From: a virus
Strand: one strand, 5' to 3'
DNA: 38,676 bases
IMG/VR virus record: IMGVR_UViG_3300029573_000020
Coordinates: 1-38,676 of that record
Shown here: positions 8,997 through 17,064 of the stretch, piece after piece
How the letters are laid out: each line of letters starts with the position of its first letter
How positions within the stretch are numbered: the stretch's first letter is position 1
The notes under the pieces: generated by a model
Databases searched by the model: none
What the model saw: only the letters and a program-made list of their open reading frames with translations
What the model was told of the DNA's origin: nothing
Translations under genes and position numbers: made by a program

Positions 8997-9187
8997 TATT
9001 TATTCCCCCTTATCCATTTCTCATGTCTTGCGGCAGTTCCGGCTGTCGCTAAATTTTTCAAGTTGGCCTGCCGTTTAGCTTCCAGCAATTTGTATTGCTC
9101 GGTTTTCCATTCGCTAAATGCGTTGCAGATAGCATGGCAGCCTATTCTTCTTACTTCGCATCCTCTGCAGGGTGATTTGCCTACCAT
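8996..9187 (-). CDS. Small Cys/His-rich hypothetical protein
   Basis: MVGKSPCRGCEVRRIGCHAICNAF… Translationally coupled to its neighbours. Confidence 0.35.
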   Translation of the reverse strand: MVGKSPCRGCEVRRIGCHAICNAFSEWKTEQYKLLEAKRQANLKNLATAGTAARHEKWIRGNK

Positions 9188-9372
9188 CTTTTCTTGCTCA
9201 CCTCTTCCTTTACCAGTCTGCCGGCTTTATGCGCCCGCCTTGCAATCTTTGCTTTGTCGTCGCAGCTGAAGGCAAGGAATGCAGGGCAGATAGTGATAAT
9301 TTCAGCAGGATTAAAGTAGTAGCGGTTGCAGCTGCCGTTCTCCTTCCCGCACACTTGGCATTTACGTTTCAT
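9181..9372 (-). CDS. Small zinc-finger hypothetical protein
   Basis: MKRKCQVCGKENGSCNRYY… GGAGGTG RBS 5 nt before ATG 9372. Confidence 0.4.
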   Translation of the reverse strand: MKRKCQVCGKENGSCNRYYFNPAEIITICPAFLAFSCDDKAKIARRAHKAGRLVKEEVSKKRW

Positions 9373-9383
9373 CTGCTCACCTC

Positions 9384-9683
9384 CTAAAACAATTCCTCTT
9401 TCGGCAGCACGAACCAATACTCTCCCAATGGACTAGGTGGGTACCACTCCCATTTATATCCCTGCTCCTTGCAGTACATCACCAAGGCATCAGAATCCAG
9501 GCACATACGCCCGCTCTTTCTGTACTGCTTTGCTATAGGCTCAAATTTCGCACGCATTTCATCTGCAGTATAGTGTTCAAGAGCACGGCGGCCGTCGAAT
9601 ATAAGACGTGATGCAAGTTTTTCCGCGTGCCAGATTTCGCCACGGCGTTGCAGTTTTTTCTCTAATTCTTCATTCCACTCCAT
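9384..9683 (-). CDS. Hypothetical protein
   Basis: MEWNEELEKKLQRRGEIWHAEK… GAGGT RBS 7 nt before ATG 9683. Confidence 0.4.
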   Translation of the reverse strand: MEWNEELEKKLQRRGEIWHAEKLASRLIFDGRRALEHYTADEMRAKFEPIAKQYRKSGRMCLDSDALVMYCKEQGYKWEWYPPSPLGEYWFVLPKEELF

Positions 9684-9688
9684 GATAT

Positions 9689-10192
9689 CTACCTCAATCT
9701 GCTGTTTCCGCATTTCTCCGGACAGTTGCTGCATACGTCATGATGGCAGCTGCGGTCGCACTCTTTGCAGCACAGATGGCAAAATTGGTTGATAGCGCAA
9801 TCTGTAACAGGGCGTTTACAGAACCACTTTGGTTTCAGCCGTTCAATAATCGCCGGTACCTGCCGTTCCTCTTTGTATGACCACTCTTCTTCAGGCTTCA
9901 GCAACGGCAGTAAAGGCTTTTTATCGGCGATTTTGACTTTTGCTCTGGTAGCGGCACGTTTGCTTTTCTTAATCTTGTTTTTGCATTCATCGCTGCCACA
10001 GCTGGTTATATATCCACGCTCAACAGCTACGGCAGTAGCATATCTTACCGCGCCGCAATCACACACGCAGGCAAAATGCGTTTGCTTATAAGATAAATTC
10101 AGCATCTTTTGCGCCATCGCCGGAGCAATAACCCCCGCAACAGTAAGCATGTCAAACTTACGCCCGACATATGAATTCCAATCTTTCCGCAT
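9689..10192 (-). CDS. Cys-rich hypothetical protein (167 aa)
   Basis: GGGAGGG RBS. 21 Cys across the protein, concentrated C-terminally (CKRPVTDCAINQFCHLCCKECDRSCHHDVCSNCPEKC). Confidence 0.45.
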   Translation of the reverse strand: MRKDWNSYVGRKFDMLTVAGVIAPAMAQKMLNLSYKQTHFACVCDCGAVRYATAVAVERGYITSCGSDECKNKIKKSKRAATRAKVKIADKKPLLPLLKPEEEWSYKEERQVPAIIERLKPKWFCKRPVTDCAINQFCHLCCKECDRSCHHDVCSNCPEKCGNSRLR

Positions 10193-10204
10193 CTTCCGCC
10201 CTCC

Positions 10205-11029
10205 CTAAAGCCCCAGCAGCTCATTCATGCTTCTGAAATCAGCTGCTACCTTCTGGCGGCGACGGCTCTTGCCGGTTACTTCTACCGGATGGCACATCTC
10301 CAGCACTCTGTCATAGATACGGCTGTTGCCGATGCTGTCAGGCTTTTTGATTTCGTCTATACTCAGGTTGGTTGTAATAATCATAGGCAGCTTTGCTCTA
10401 TACCGTGCATCAATCACATTGAATACCTGCTCCTGAGCGTATTCGCTCCGGCGCTCGGCTCCCAAATCATCCAGAACCAGCAGGTCGAACTGATTGAAGC
10501 TGTCAATATAGGCTTGTTTTTCCTCAATGCTCCACAATGTATTGAGCACCCGCGCAAAGTTGGTCATCAAGCAGGTTCTGCCGGAGTCAATCAGAGCATT
10601 GGCGATGCAGGCAGCAGCAAAAGTCTTGCCAGTTCCAACGCCACCATACAGCAGCAAGCCTTTGCCCTGCTCCCGAAACTGCGTAAAGTTGCCAACGTAG
10701 TTTTTAGCAGCCCTCATTATGCGCGGGTCCGCACCATCATCAGCTGCAAAGTTCCAATGCTGCATATCGCTTTCAAGAAAGCTGGCACGGCGATGCTGCC
10801 TGATGCGCTCCTGTCGCTTTTCAGCTTTGCGCTGCTGTTCTTCTGCCGCTAATTTTTCGGACTTGCACCGGCAGAGGCACGGCACTACCTTGACCATGCC
10901 AAGGAAGCTGCCGCGAAACTCTTTCGGCGTATGGCATTTACCGCAGTACAGCAGGCCATCTTTTTCGTAATCGCCCGGCGCTGGTTCTTCTGCTGCAATT
11001 ATTTTTTCCACCTTCGCAATAGATTCCAT
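10205..11029 (-). CDS. DnaC/IstB-like AAA+ helicase loader
   Basis: Walker A LLLYGGVGTGKTFAA, Walker B LLVLDDLG and an N-terminal zinc finger. GGAGGT RBS before ATG 11029. Confidence 0.85.
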   Translation of the reverse strand: MESIAKVEKIIAAEEPAPGDYEKDGLLYCGKCHTPKEFRGSFLGMVKVVPCLCRCKSEKLAAEEQQRKAEKRQERIRQHRRASFLESDMQHWNFAADDGADPRIMRAAKNYVGNFTQFREQGKGLLLYGGVGTGKTFAAACIANALIDSGRTCLMTNFARVLNTLWSIEEKQAYIDSFNQFDLLVLDDLGAERRSEYAQEQVFNVIDARYRAKLPMIITTNLSIDEIKKPDSIGNSRIYDRVLEMCHPVEVTGKSRRRQKVAADFRSMNELLGL

Positions 11030-11065
11030 TAAAACCTCCGTTATGTTTTCCACGTTATCACCTTC

Positions 11066-11827
11066 TTAGAAGTATTTGTCCAAATCAGTCATATCTTCAC
11101 CGCCTGCAGCCTTTGCAGCCGGTTTGTCGCGCCTTGCCCAATTACGGATAGTAGCAAGGTGGTTTTTATAGCTCTTGCCGCTGGATGCCATATATTCAGA
11201 CAAGCGCTGTATACGCTGGTCCCAATCAGCAGGGAATTCAGCCTTCAGCTTCTCCAGGTCATCATCAGACAGCAGCACGTTTTGATATTCGCCGTGTTTA
11301 TGGCGGGGGGATTTTTTAGATATACTCTTATTCTTATCTTTATCTATATCTTTATCTATATCTTTTTCTAGTACGTTACCTTGCGTTACTGTAACGTTAC
11401 ATGTAACGTTACTTTCACCGTCAAGCTGTCCCGCTGCAAGCAGCTTTTGCTTTTCCCGGTGCTTCGCAACCCTTGCCCGCGTCTGCTCTCTGATTTCTGT
11501 CAGCCTGTCTGTGCTCTGGTACTTCTCCCAGCTTGACAGAAAAATCATATTGTTGATAATCTCTATCATCCCAAACTGTTCAAAGGTCTTCAGCGCAAGC
11601 CTTACAGTCGAAATAGGCTTGTTAAACTGCGTGGCCAGCATTTCGTCCGTATATGGGATTTCCTTTGTCAGATAGATAAAGCCGCCATCATTGACATTAC
11701 CGGCAAGGCAGAGCAGCTGCACCCACATCAGCAGAAGGCTGTCGCCCTCCGGCATGCTGCCAATCTGTTTGATCTTGCGGTTGTCGAACATATCAACAGC
11801 AATCTTTATCCATTTCACGTCCGCCAC
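11066..11827 (-). CDS. Phage replisome organiser / replication initiator (N-terminal phage_rep_org_N-like domain)
   Basis: MADVKWIKIAVDMFDNRKIKQI…PEGDSLLLMWVQLLCLAGN pattern. An internal iteron cluster is present (see the repeat feature). Confidence 0.65.
   Translation of the reverse strand: MADVKWIKIAVDMFDNRKIKQIGSMPEGDSLLLMWVQLLCLAGNVNDGGFIYLTKEIPYTDEMLATQFNKPISTVRLALKTFEQFGMIEIINNMIFLSSWEKYQSTDRLTEIREQTRARVAKHREKQKLLAAGQLDGESNVTCNVTVTQGNVLEKDIDKDIDKDKNKSISKKSPRHKHGEYQNVLLSDDDLEKLKAEFPADWDQRIQRLSEYMASSGKSYKNHLATIRNWARRDKPAAKAAGGEDMTDLDKYF
11336..11413. repeat. Iteron cluster inside the replisome-organiser gene. Candidate origin of replication.
   Basis: ATCTTTATCTAT occurs 2.5 times (11336..11368). 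It is followed by GTTAC/GTAAC motifs including two tandem copies of the 12-bp palindrome TGTAACGTTACA (11390..11413). Confidence 0.5.
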
Positions 11828-11831
11828 TTTA

Positions 11832-12374
11832 TCAGCTCCCTTTCCATGCCGCTTTGATTATATCCAGTTCCCATGGAGGTAAGGTCTCAACGCCCACACT
11901 TTTAGCTTCTGATACAACACTGTCTATCAGTCTTGACATCTCGGCTGTTGTATAGGTGCTGCTGCCATAATATGCTATTAGACTGGTATATTCTCCATGT
12001 TGGTCAATAGTATCTGTCAACCAGCCCAGGCCATTACCACCCCACCGCGTTGAAAACTGCGGCACGGAAGAAGTAAGCATCTCTAAAGTTGTGAAACTAC
12101 CAACCTCACGTATATTTTTCTGATATACTACCGTTTTCGGTGCGTTAATCTTTTCCCCAATCTTATGGCACAATTCCCAACAATAGTTGTTAGCCCTAAG
12201 ACTTCTTCTTTCTTTTTTAGGTTCGATGGATATCGTATACGGCTTCTTGTCGCCCTGCATCGCGTTCAGGACTTCAAAAACATCCTGCCTATACAAACTA
12301 TCAAGCACCACCGTAAACTCTATTGTAGAGCCCATACAGGCCACGTCAGCTATATGTTTAATCTGTGCTTTCAT
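11832..12374 (-). CDS. NinB/Orf-like recombination mediator (putative)
   Basis: KKERRSLRANNYCWELCHKIGE resembles the lambda NinB segment ERNRSLDQNRKLWACLGDVS. Confidence 0.4.
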   Translation of the reverse strand: MKAQIKHIADVACMGSTIEFTVVLDSLYRQDVFEVLNAMQGDKKPYTISIEPKKERRSLRANNYCWELCHKIGEKINAPKTVVYQKNIREVGSFTTLEMLTSSVPQFSTRWGGNGLGWLTDTIDQHGEYTSLIAYYGSSTYTTAEMSRLIDSVVSEAKSVGVETLPPWELDIIKAAWKGS

Positions 12375-12528
12375 CTTTGTTGCTCTTTTCGAGTAAAATT
12401 CTGCCGCATCCCTTACAGATTTTTCCCGGCGTGCCGTCGTTGCTGTGCATGCAGTAAGAGCAACGGTAAGCAAAGCTCAAAGCTCCGTGGTAATAGGTTC
12501 TGATTTTAGAATAATCTTGACTTTTCAA
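12361..12528 (-). CDS. Possible small zinc-ribbon ORF (55 aa, TTG start)
   Basis: GGGGGTGA RBS, then TTG. Encodes …YRCSYCMHSNDGTPGKICKGCGRIL… Overlaps the NinB-like start. Speculative. Confidence 0.2.
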
Positions 12529-12540
12529 ATCTTCACCCCC

Positions 12541-12831
12541 TTACAAATAGTTCTTGCCGACTTCCGCCATCCACAAAACATAACCGCTTTTGGTGCCGTA
12601 CCGGTCCATATAGCACGATTGTGCGAACCGCTTGTACCGAAGGTCTACGTCATGGCGCTGGTGGGGGCTGTACGCCCCCCGATGATGCTCAGCGCACAGC
12701 CAGATAGTAAGGCCTAAGCGGTCTGCTATCTTGCGCCCCGCCGTACCATGGATTACATGGTGGCGTTCCAGGTTCAACGTAGTACCGCAGCAGAAGCATT
12801 CTTTTCTGTCCTGCAATATACTTTTTCTCAT
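12541..12831 (-). CDS. HNH-family endonuclease-like protein
   Basis: CFCCGTTLNLERHHVIHG…LCAEHH pattern. ATGA overlap with the single-strand annealing protein stop. Confidence 0.5.
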   Translation of the reverse strand: MRKSILQDRKECFCCGTTLNLERHHVIHGTAGRKIADRLGLTIWLCAEHHRGAYSPHQRHDVDLRYKRFAQSCYMDRYGTKSGYVLWMAEVGKNYL

Positions 12832-13484
12832 GCGTCCGCCCGCTTTCTTAGGCTGTTCATGCATTGCGCCCATTGTGCTGCCGTTATATCCTGCAAGTTA
12901 TTGAGCTGCAGGCTTTGCGCGATGCCTGCCACATCAACGCCCTTCTGCTTTGCCATCGTCTGCAGCTGCGCCAGCTGATAGCTGCTCACCTTGTCGGTAT
13001 GCTTCGCTGCAGCCTTCGTCTGGCGGGAAGCCTGTGGCTCGGTTCTGTGGCTTTCACCATACTTGCTGTCCCACAAGCCACGATACACATCAGCCGCAAC
13101 GCCGATGCACTTCATAGCGTTGCCCAGCGCGTCGGTAAGGCACATTTTATAGGCTTCGTCATTGGGAACAAGCCCGTTTTTGTTTTTCTCAACGATGAAG
13201 TCACCGCCGCAGCCGTAGACCGGTTCACTCCAGCCTTCTCCATCGTGATACATAAGCGCAACAGTCAGGAACAATAAAATCTGTCCGTCACCGCACTGGA
13301 ATGTCTTTTCATCGGCGATGTTAAACTTCCAGCCAATACCGCACGGCCCGAAAACCGAAGTCATAGCTTCAATCTTCCATTGCGGATTAATGTCGCTTTT
13401 GCCTTTTAAGTTGCCGCCCTGGATAGGCTTGATGGCTTCGGCAGGCGGAGCAGCAAGCTGACTATAGAATTTCATGTTATCCAT
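12828..13484 (-). CDS. Single-strand annealing protein, Rad52/Sak-like
   Basis: IEAMTSVFGPCGIGWKF matches the Rad52 N-terminal core motif (…NEMFGYNGW…). It sits between Gp157 and HNH in the recombination module. Confidence 0.5.
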   Translation of the reverse strand: MDNMKFYSQLAAPPAEAIKPIQGGNLKGKSDINPQWKIEAMTSVFGPCGIGWKFNIADEKTFQCGDGQILLFLTVALMYHDGEGWSEPVYGCGGDFIVEKNKNGLVPNDEAYKMCLTDALGNAMKCIGVAADVYRGLWDSKYGESHRTEPQASRQTKAAAKHTDKVSSYQLAQLQTMAKQKGVDVAGIAQSLQLNNLQDITAAQWAQCMNSLRKRADA

Positions 13485-13495
13485 AATAGACCGCC

Positions 13496-13987
13496 TTATT
13501 TAATCTGCAGGTTCTGGCGTGCTACCAGCTCGCAGCCCGGTACAGTTTCACCGGCCTTGATAGCCTTTTTGACTGCAACCTTGTCCAGCTCCGGATCTTT
13601 GAATTTCAGGAATTCTTCCGGAACATCGCCGATGCACTTTGCGTCAAACTCCACTGCTTCACTTTTACGGAAGCTCATAGCTACTTTGGCACTTTCAAAC
13701 TTTTTGCCGTTCAGATAACGGCCCAGAAAACCTTTAAGGCTTTCCGCTTTGGCCTTGGCAGCCTTTTCACGTTCTGCGAAAGCGTTCTTCTGCGCTTTCA
13801 ATGCTTCTGCGTCCGCTAACAGGTTTTTATACCAGCAGCCCAGGTTCTCAATCTTCTTGTCGCGCTCCATTTCCAGAGCTGCGATTGCTTCAAGGTCGAT
13901 GATTTCACCGCTTTCGGTATCTACAACGCGGCTTTCGTCCAACTTGACGCAGGCCGCCAGCTTTTCGTCTATATCAAACAGTTTCAT
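13496..13987 (-). CDS. Sipho_Gp157-family protein
   Basis: Charged helical N-terminal half (…DAEALKAQKNAFAEREKAAK…) and a C-terminal …DVPEEFLKF… region resembling PF05565 (recalled by eye, not searched). It neighbours the single-strand annealing protein, as is usual. Confidence 0.5.
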   Translation of the reverse strand: MKLFDIDEKLAACVKLDESRVVDTESGEIIDLEAIAALEMERDKKIENLGCWYKNLLADAEALKAQKNAFAEREKAAKAKAESLKGFLGRYLNGKKFESAKVAMSFRKSEAVEFDAKCIGDVPEEFLKFKDPELDKVAVKKAIKAGETVPGCELVARQNLQIK

Positions 13988-13988
13988 G

Positions 13989-14150
13989 CTATGCCTCCTT
14001 TAAACTTACGTTGTTTACGATGTTCTGGAGCTCCCGGGTGGTAAGGCCGGCAAACTGATCCATGTTAAACATTTCTTTGGTAATGCCTTTTGCAAGCAGC
14101 TGATTTTGGAAGTAGTCCATTGTCAGGCCGTCATAATCTCTTTCGTTCAT
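13989..14150 (-). CDS. Small hypothetical protein (53 aa)
   Basis: GAGGTG RBS 6 nt before the ATG. MNERDYDGLTMDYFQNQLLAKGITKEMF… Its 3' end carries the RBS of the Gp157 gene. ATGA overlap with the upstream gene. Confidence 0.4.
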   Translation of the reverse strand: MNERDYDGLTMDYFQNQLLAKGITKEMFNMDQFAGLTTRELQNIVNNVSLKEA

Positions 14151-14410
14151 CTGCGCACCTCAATGGGAATCAGCACGATGTCCCCCGGCTGAAGGTCACC
14201 ATTCAAGTTGCTGATTTTCTTTGTATAAAAGATGACCTCGCGAATATCTCTGCGGTCTCCTTCGCGCTGCATGGTGTCACCCACCAGGTGCCAAAGGGTA
14301 TCACCTTCGCCGGCCGTAGCCTTGACAACATAATTATCAACCGGACGCGTTGCATCCCATGCAGCCCAAACGCAGCAGGCTGCCAGCAGAATGAACAATA
14401 CTTTTTTCAT
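14147..14410 (-). CDS. Secreted/membrane-anchored LysM-like small protein (YneA-like architecture)
   Basis: N-terminal signal/TM MKKVLFILLAACCVWAAW. The remainder is GDTLWHL…NGDLQPGDIVLIP, which is LysM-like. AAGGAG RBS. Confidence 0.4.
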   Translation of the reverse strand: MKKVLFILLAACCVWAAWDATRPVDNYVVKATAGEGDTLWHLVGDTMQREGDRRDIREVIFYTKKISNLNGDLQPGDIVLIPIEVRR

Positions 14411-14412
14411 AT

Positions 14413-14619
14413 CTACAACTCCTTCACGTTAAACGGATCAGTAACATCCTTGCCGTCATATGTGCTGAGGAACTCTTCCAAAGATTCGCGACGACATTTA
14501 AGGTTGCCAAGCTTCATGAATCTCAGCAGACCGGATTTTTTGAGCTTGTAAACGTAATCAACATTACATTTCAGAATTTTGCTTACTTCCGCAACAGTCA
14601 AAAGCTCTATACTTGCCAT
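14413..14619 (-). CDS. Small HTH DNA-binding protein (excisionase/MerR-like HTH_17)
   Basis: MASIELLTVAEVSKILKCNVDYVYKLKKSGLL. GGGAGGGTGAG RBS. Confidence 0.5.
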   Translation of the reverse strand: MASIELLTVAEVSKILKCNVDYVYKLKKSGLLRFMKLGNLKCRRESLEEFLSTYDGKDVTDPFNVKEL

Positions 14620-14672
14620 AATCTCACCCTCCCTTCTTCCATCACTTCTCCGCATCCATAATTCTGATTTCT

Positions 14673-14930
14673 TCAAGCATTACGTTTCAGCAACCAACGA
14701 AACCAGAAATAGCTTGCAGAAATCATCATCATATTGGCAGCAGCCACTATGGAAGCTTCTTGTACTCCAATTAAAGCCCAAGAAACCATGACAGCTATAA
14801 TGCTTAATACATTTATGCTCAGGCAACACACCCAAAGCTTTTTGAATGCTTGTTCCAGGTCAATGGGTCCGCTTATCGCCGTGCGTCCGCAAAACGGGCA
14901 CACGGTTATTTTCTTTTCTCCCATCACCAT
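14673..14930 (-). CDS. Zinc-ribbon membrane protein (85 aa)
   Basis: CPFCGRT motif, then two hydrophobic helices. TGATG coupling to the antirepressor stop. Confidence 0.4.
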   Translation of the reverse strand: MVMGEKKITVCPFCGRTAISGPIDLEQAFKKLWVCCLSINVLSIIAVMVSWALIGVQEASIVAAANMMMISASYFWFRWLLKRNA

Positions 14931-15694
14931 CACGCCCCGCAAAACTTGTTGATAAAGTACTGCTGGCCTTTGCCGGTAACCTTAGTGGTTTTGCTGACGC
15001 TGACGTGGCCGTCACTGTGGGAAATAGCCGTTTCTTTAATCTTGAACAAGCCCATTTCCATAGCTCTCTGCGTGGGGCTGTTGTAATCTGCTCCGGCACG
15101 CTTAATCAGGTATCCTTGCTCACGCATCCAGTTAAACAAGCGCTTCTGACCAATCGGATGGCCGTTCTGCTTCAGAATCTTCGCAAGGTCACCGATCAGA
15201 ATCGTGCTGTCAGACGCGCTCACCGCATCTGCAAAGAGTACCTTCGGCTTCGCCGCCTGCAAGCTGGCTTCCGCCTGTTGGCGAGCTGCTCTTTCCTCTT
15301 TTAAAGTTGTCGCCAGCTTTATAATCGTGTCCGGGTCAGTTAGTGCCTGCTCAATTTTATCGGCCGTCAGATATCCACCGTGTTTTCTGATTGCCGGAAG
15401 CACCTCGCTGGTCACCCATTCTTGAAAAGCTTCTGCCTTATCGGTTTTCGCTCTCATTACCAAACTGTAAAGTCCGGCTTCATCAATAATTGTAGTTTCT
15501 TGTTTACCTCCAGGGGTGTCCAAAACAGACATACCTTTATGGTTATCTTTTACGTGTTCTCTGACAGCCTTAGCTGTTTGACTGTAACCTAATGCTTGGG
15601 CTACATCCTTACCAACAAACCACGGCTCACCATTTTGCTGAATGGTACGAATCTGACCAAAGTCAGGACTGTTGAAAATTTTAATGTTATTCAC
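14930..15694 (-). CDS. Phage antirepressor (Bro-N + KilA-C/ANT domains)
   Basis: N-terminal IRTIQQNGEPWFVGKDVAQALGY (Bro-N). C-terminal LIGDLAKILKQNGHPIGQKRLFNWMREQGYL (KilA-C). Confidence 0.8.
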   Translation of the reverse strand: MNNIKIFNSPDFGQIRTIQQNGEPWFVGKDVAQALGYSQTAKAVREHVKDNHKGMSVLDTPGGKQETTIIDEAGLYSLVMRAKTDKAEAFQEWVTSEVLPAIRKHGGYLTADKIEQALTDPDTIIKLATTLKEERAARQQAEASLQAAKPKVLFADAVSASDSTILIGDLAKILKQNGHPIGQKRLFNWMREQGYLIKRAGADYNSPTQRAMEMGLFKIKETAISHSDGHVSVSKTTKVTGKGQQYFINKFCGA

Positions 15695-15728
15695 TTGGCA
15701 CCTCTTTTCTTAAACGCCGTCTGTTTTT

Positions 15729-15747
15729 TGTAGACTATTTGTCTACA
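15729..15747. promoter_or_regulatory. Operator copy O2 (TGTAGACT-ATT-TGTCTACA), between the cro-like gene and the antirepressor gene
   Basis: Near-identical to O1. It overlaps the cro-like stop codon and lies 35 bp upstream of the antirepressor start. Confidence 0.55.
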
Positions 15748-15956
15748 TCACAGGCAAAAAAAATTGCTTCTTTTTCACTTAATTTAGAAATTCTAAGCAA
15801 ATCGCACATTTTAGAGATTTCACCAGCGTTGAACGGGACCTCATTGTTAATTTTTCTTTTTAATGTTTGATATGTAACTTTAAGTTCCGCTGCAATTCTG
15901 GCTTTTTTCAATCCGCTATCTGCAATAGCTTTTTCTAATTTGACTGTATCTGTCAC
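15735..15956 (-). CDS. Cro-like XRE-family HTH regulator
   Basis: LKKARIAAELKVTYQTLKRKINNEVPFNAGEISKMCDLL helix-turn-helix. Divergent from the repressor gene. GTG start with GGGAGG RBS. Confidence 0.65.
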   Translation of the reverse strand: MTDTVKLEKAIADSGLKKARIAAELKVTYQTLKRKINNEVPFNAGEISKMCDLLRISKLSEKEAIFFACDVDK

Positions 15957-15972
15957 GTTATCGCCTCCCTTT

Positions 15973-15991
15973 TGTAGACATTTTGTCTACA
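15973..15991. promoter_or_regulatory. Operator O1, the 8-3-8 palindrome TGTAGACA-TTT-TGTCTACA
   Basis: Perfect inverted repeat. It lies between the -10 of the leftward promoter and the cro-like RBS. Confidence 0.65.
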
Positions 15992-15996
15992 TCACT

Positions 15997-16025
15997 ATTA
16001 TATTTCTTTGTTTCCTGTTTGTCAA
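15997..16025 (-). promoter_or_regulatory. Leftward early promoter (PR-like). -35 TTGACA, 17-bp spacer, -10 TATAAT.
   Basis: On the minus strand TTGACA is 16025..16020 and TATAAT is 16002..15997. Both are consensus sigma-70 hexamers with a 17-bp spacer. Confidence 0.7.
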
Positions 16026-16044
16026 CAAAATTTTAGTGATTTTG

Positions 16045-16073
16045 TTGCATTTTTTTCTACACGATGTTACAAT
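16045..16073 (+). promoter_or_regulatory. Rightward repressor promoter (PRM-like). -35 TTGCAT, 17 bp, -10 TACAAT.
   Basis: TTGCAT 16045..16050 and TACAAT 16068..16073. A GTCTACA-like half-site (ttctacac) lies in the spacer. Upstream of RBS AAGGAGAG. Confidence 0.5.
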
Positions 16074-16102
16074 AAATTTAAACAAAAAGGAGAGTGAACA
16101 CA

Positions 16103-16552
16103 ATGACCACTATAGGAGACCGTATAAAAGCACGTAGATTAGAATTAGATATGTCGCAAGATGAATTAGCAAGATTAGTTGGATATAAATCGCGTTCATC
16201 TATCAATAAAATTGAAAGTGACGGCAGATTGCTACCCCAAAGAAAAATTATGGAAATTGCAAATGCGCTTAATACAACGCCAGCATATATTATGGGATGG
16301 GAAGAATCTAACGAAACCGAAGCTCCCTCCGTCCCCCTCACCCCCCGCGATGAACGCCAAATCGCCGCAGACCTCGAAAAAATGCTTGCCGACCTCGACA
16401 GCAAAAACTCTATGGCTGCCATGGGCGGTACCGTTGAAGATGATGAAGACAGAGAACTCCTGAAAGCAAGCCTGCAGGCTACCATGCGACTGGCAAAGAA
16501 AATCGCCAAAGAAAAATACACTCCTAAAAAATATCGCCACGAAGAGGAATAA
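16103..16552 (+). CDS. Phage repressor, XRE-family HTH (ImmR-like). No S24 peptidase domain.
   Basis: MTTIGDRIKARRLELDMSQDELARLVGYKSRSSINKIE HTH_XRE. Acidic C-terminal half. Followed directly by an ImmA-like gene. Confidence 0.8.
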   Translation: MTTIGDRIKARRLELDMSQDELARLVGYKSRSSINKIESDGRLLPQRKIMEIANALNTTPAYIMGWEESNETEAPSVPLTPRDERQIAADLEKMLADLDSKNSMAAMGGTVEDDEDRELLKASLQATMRLAKKIAKEKYTPKKYRHEEE

Positions 16553-16556
16553 TATC

Positions 16557-16976
16557 ATGGATATCAAGGCTGCTGTGAAGCAGCTTACACATAAGCACAA
16601 AACAAATAACCCCTATGAGCTGGCGCAGCTGCTGAACATCATCGTCATGTACGCAGAGCTTGGCAGCACATGGGGCTACTACACTACATATAAGCGTTCC
16701 AAGTTTATCATCATTAACCAGAACATATCCGAAGAATTGCAAGCATACACCTGCGCCCATGAGCTTGGGCACAGTGTTTTACATAAAGGCGTATCGACGC
16801 CATTCCTCAAAGCCCATACCCTTTTCAGCATAGAGAAAATAGAACGGCAGGCCAACACCTTCGCCGTGGAACTGCTCCTGCCGGATGAGCTGCTGCAGCA
16901 GTACCCGGAAACTTCCATTCACCGCCTTGCTGACATGGTAGGCGTGCCGATGGGGCTGGAAGTGCTTAAGAGGTAA
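16557..16976 (+). CDS. ImmA/IrrE-family HExxH metallopeptidase (antirepressor protease)
   Basis: AHELGHSVLH zinc-binding motif. Its position immediately downstream of the repressor matches the ImmR/ImmA arrangement. Confidence 0.75.
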   Translation: MDIKAAVKQLTHKHKTNNPYELAQLLNIIVMYAELGSTWGYYTTYKRSKFIIINQNISEELQAYTCAHELGHSVLHKGVSTPFLKAHTLFSIEKIERQANTFAVELLLPDELLQQYPETSIHRLADMVGVPMGLEVLKR

Positions 16977-16998
16977 AAAGGAACTTGGTAAAAACAGC

Positions 16999-17064
16999 CT
17001 TTTTTACCAAAGACGTCAGGTGTCTTTTGGAAAACGTGCCTTTTTTACCAAAGACGTTAGGCAT
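16999..17064. repeat. Two direct copies of GCCTTTTTTACCAAAGACGT(C/T)AGG
   Basis: Copies at 16999..17024 and 17038..17063 (26 bp, one mismatch). Non-coding, between immA and the first terminator hairpin. Confidence 0.6.
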
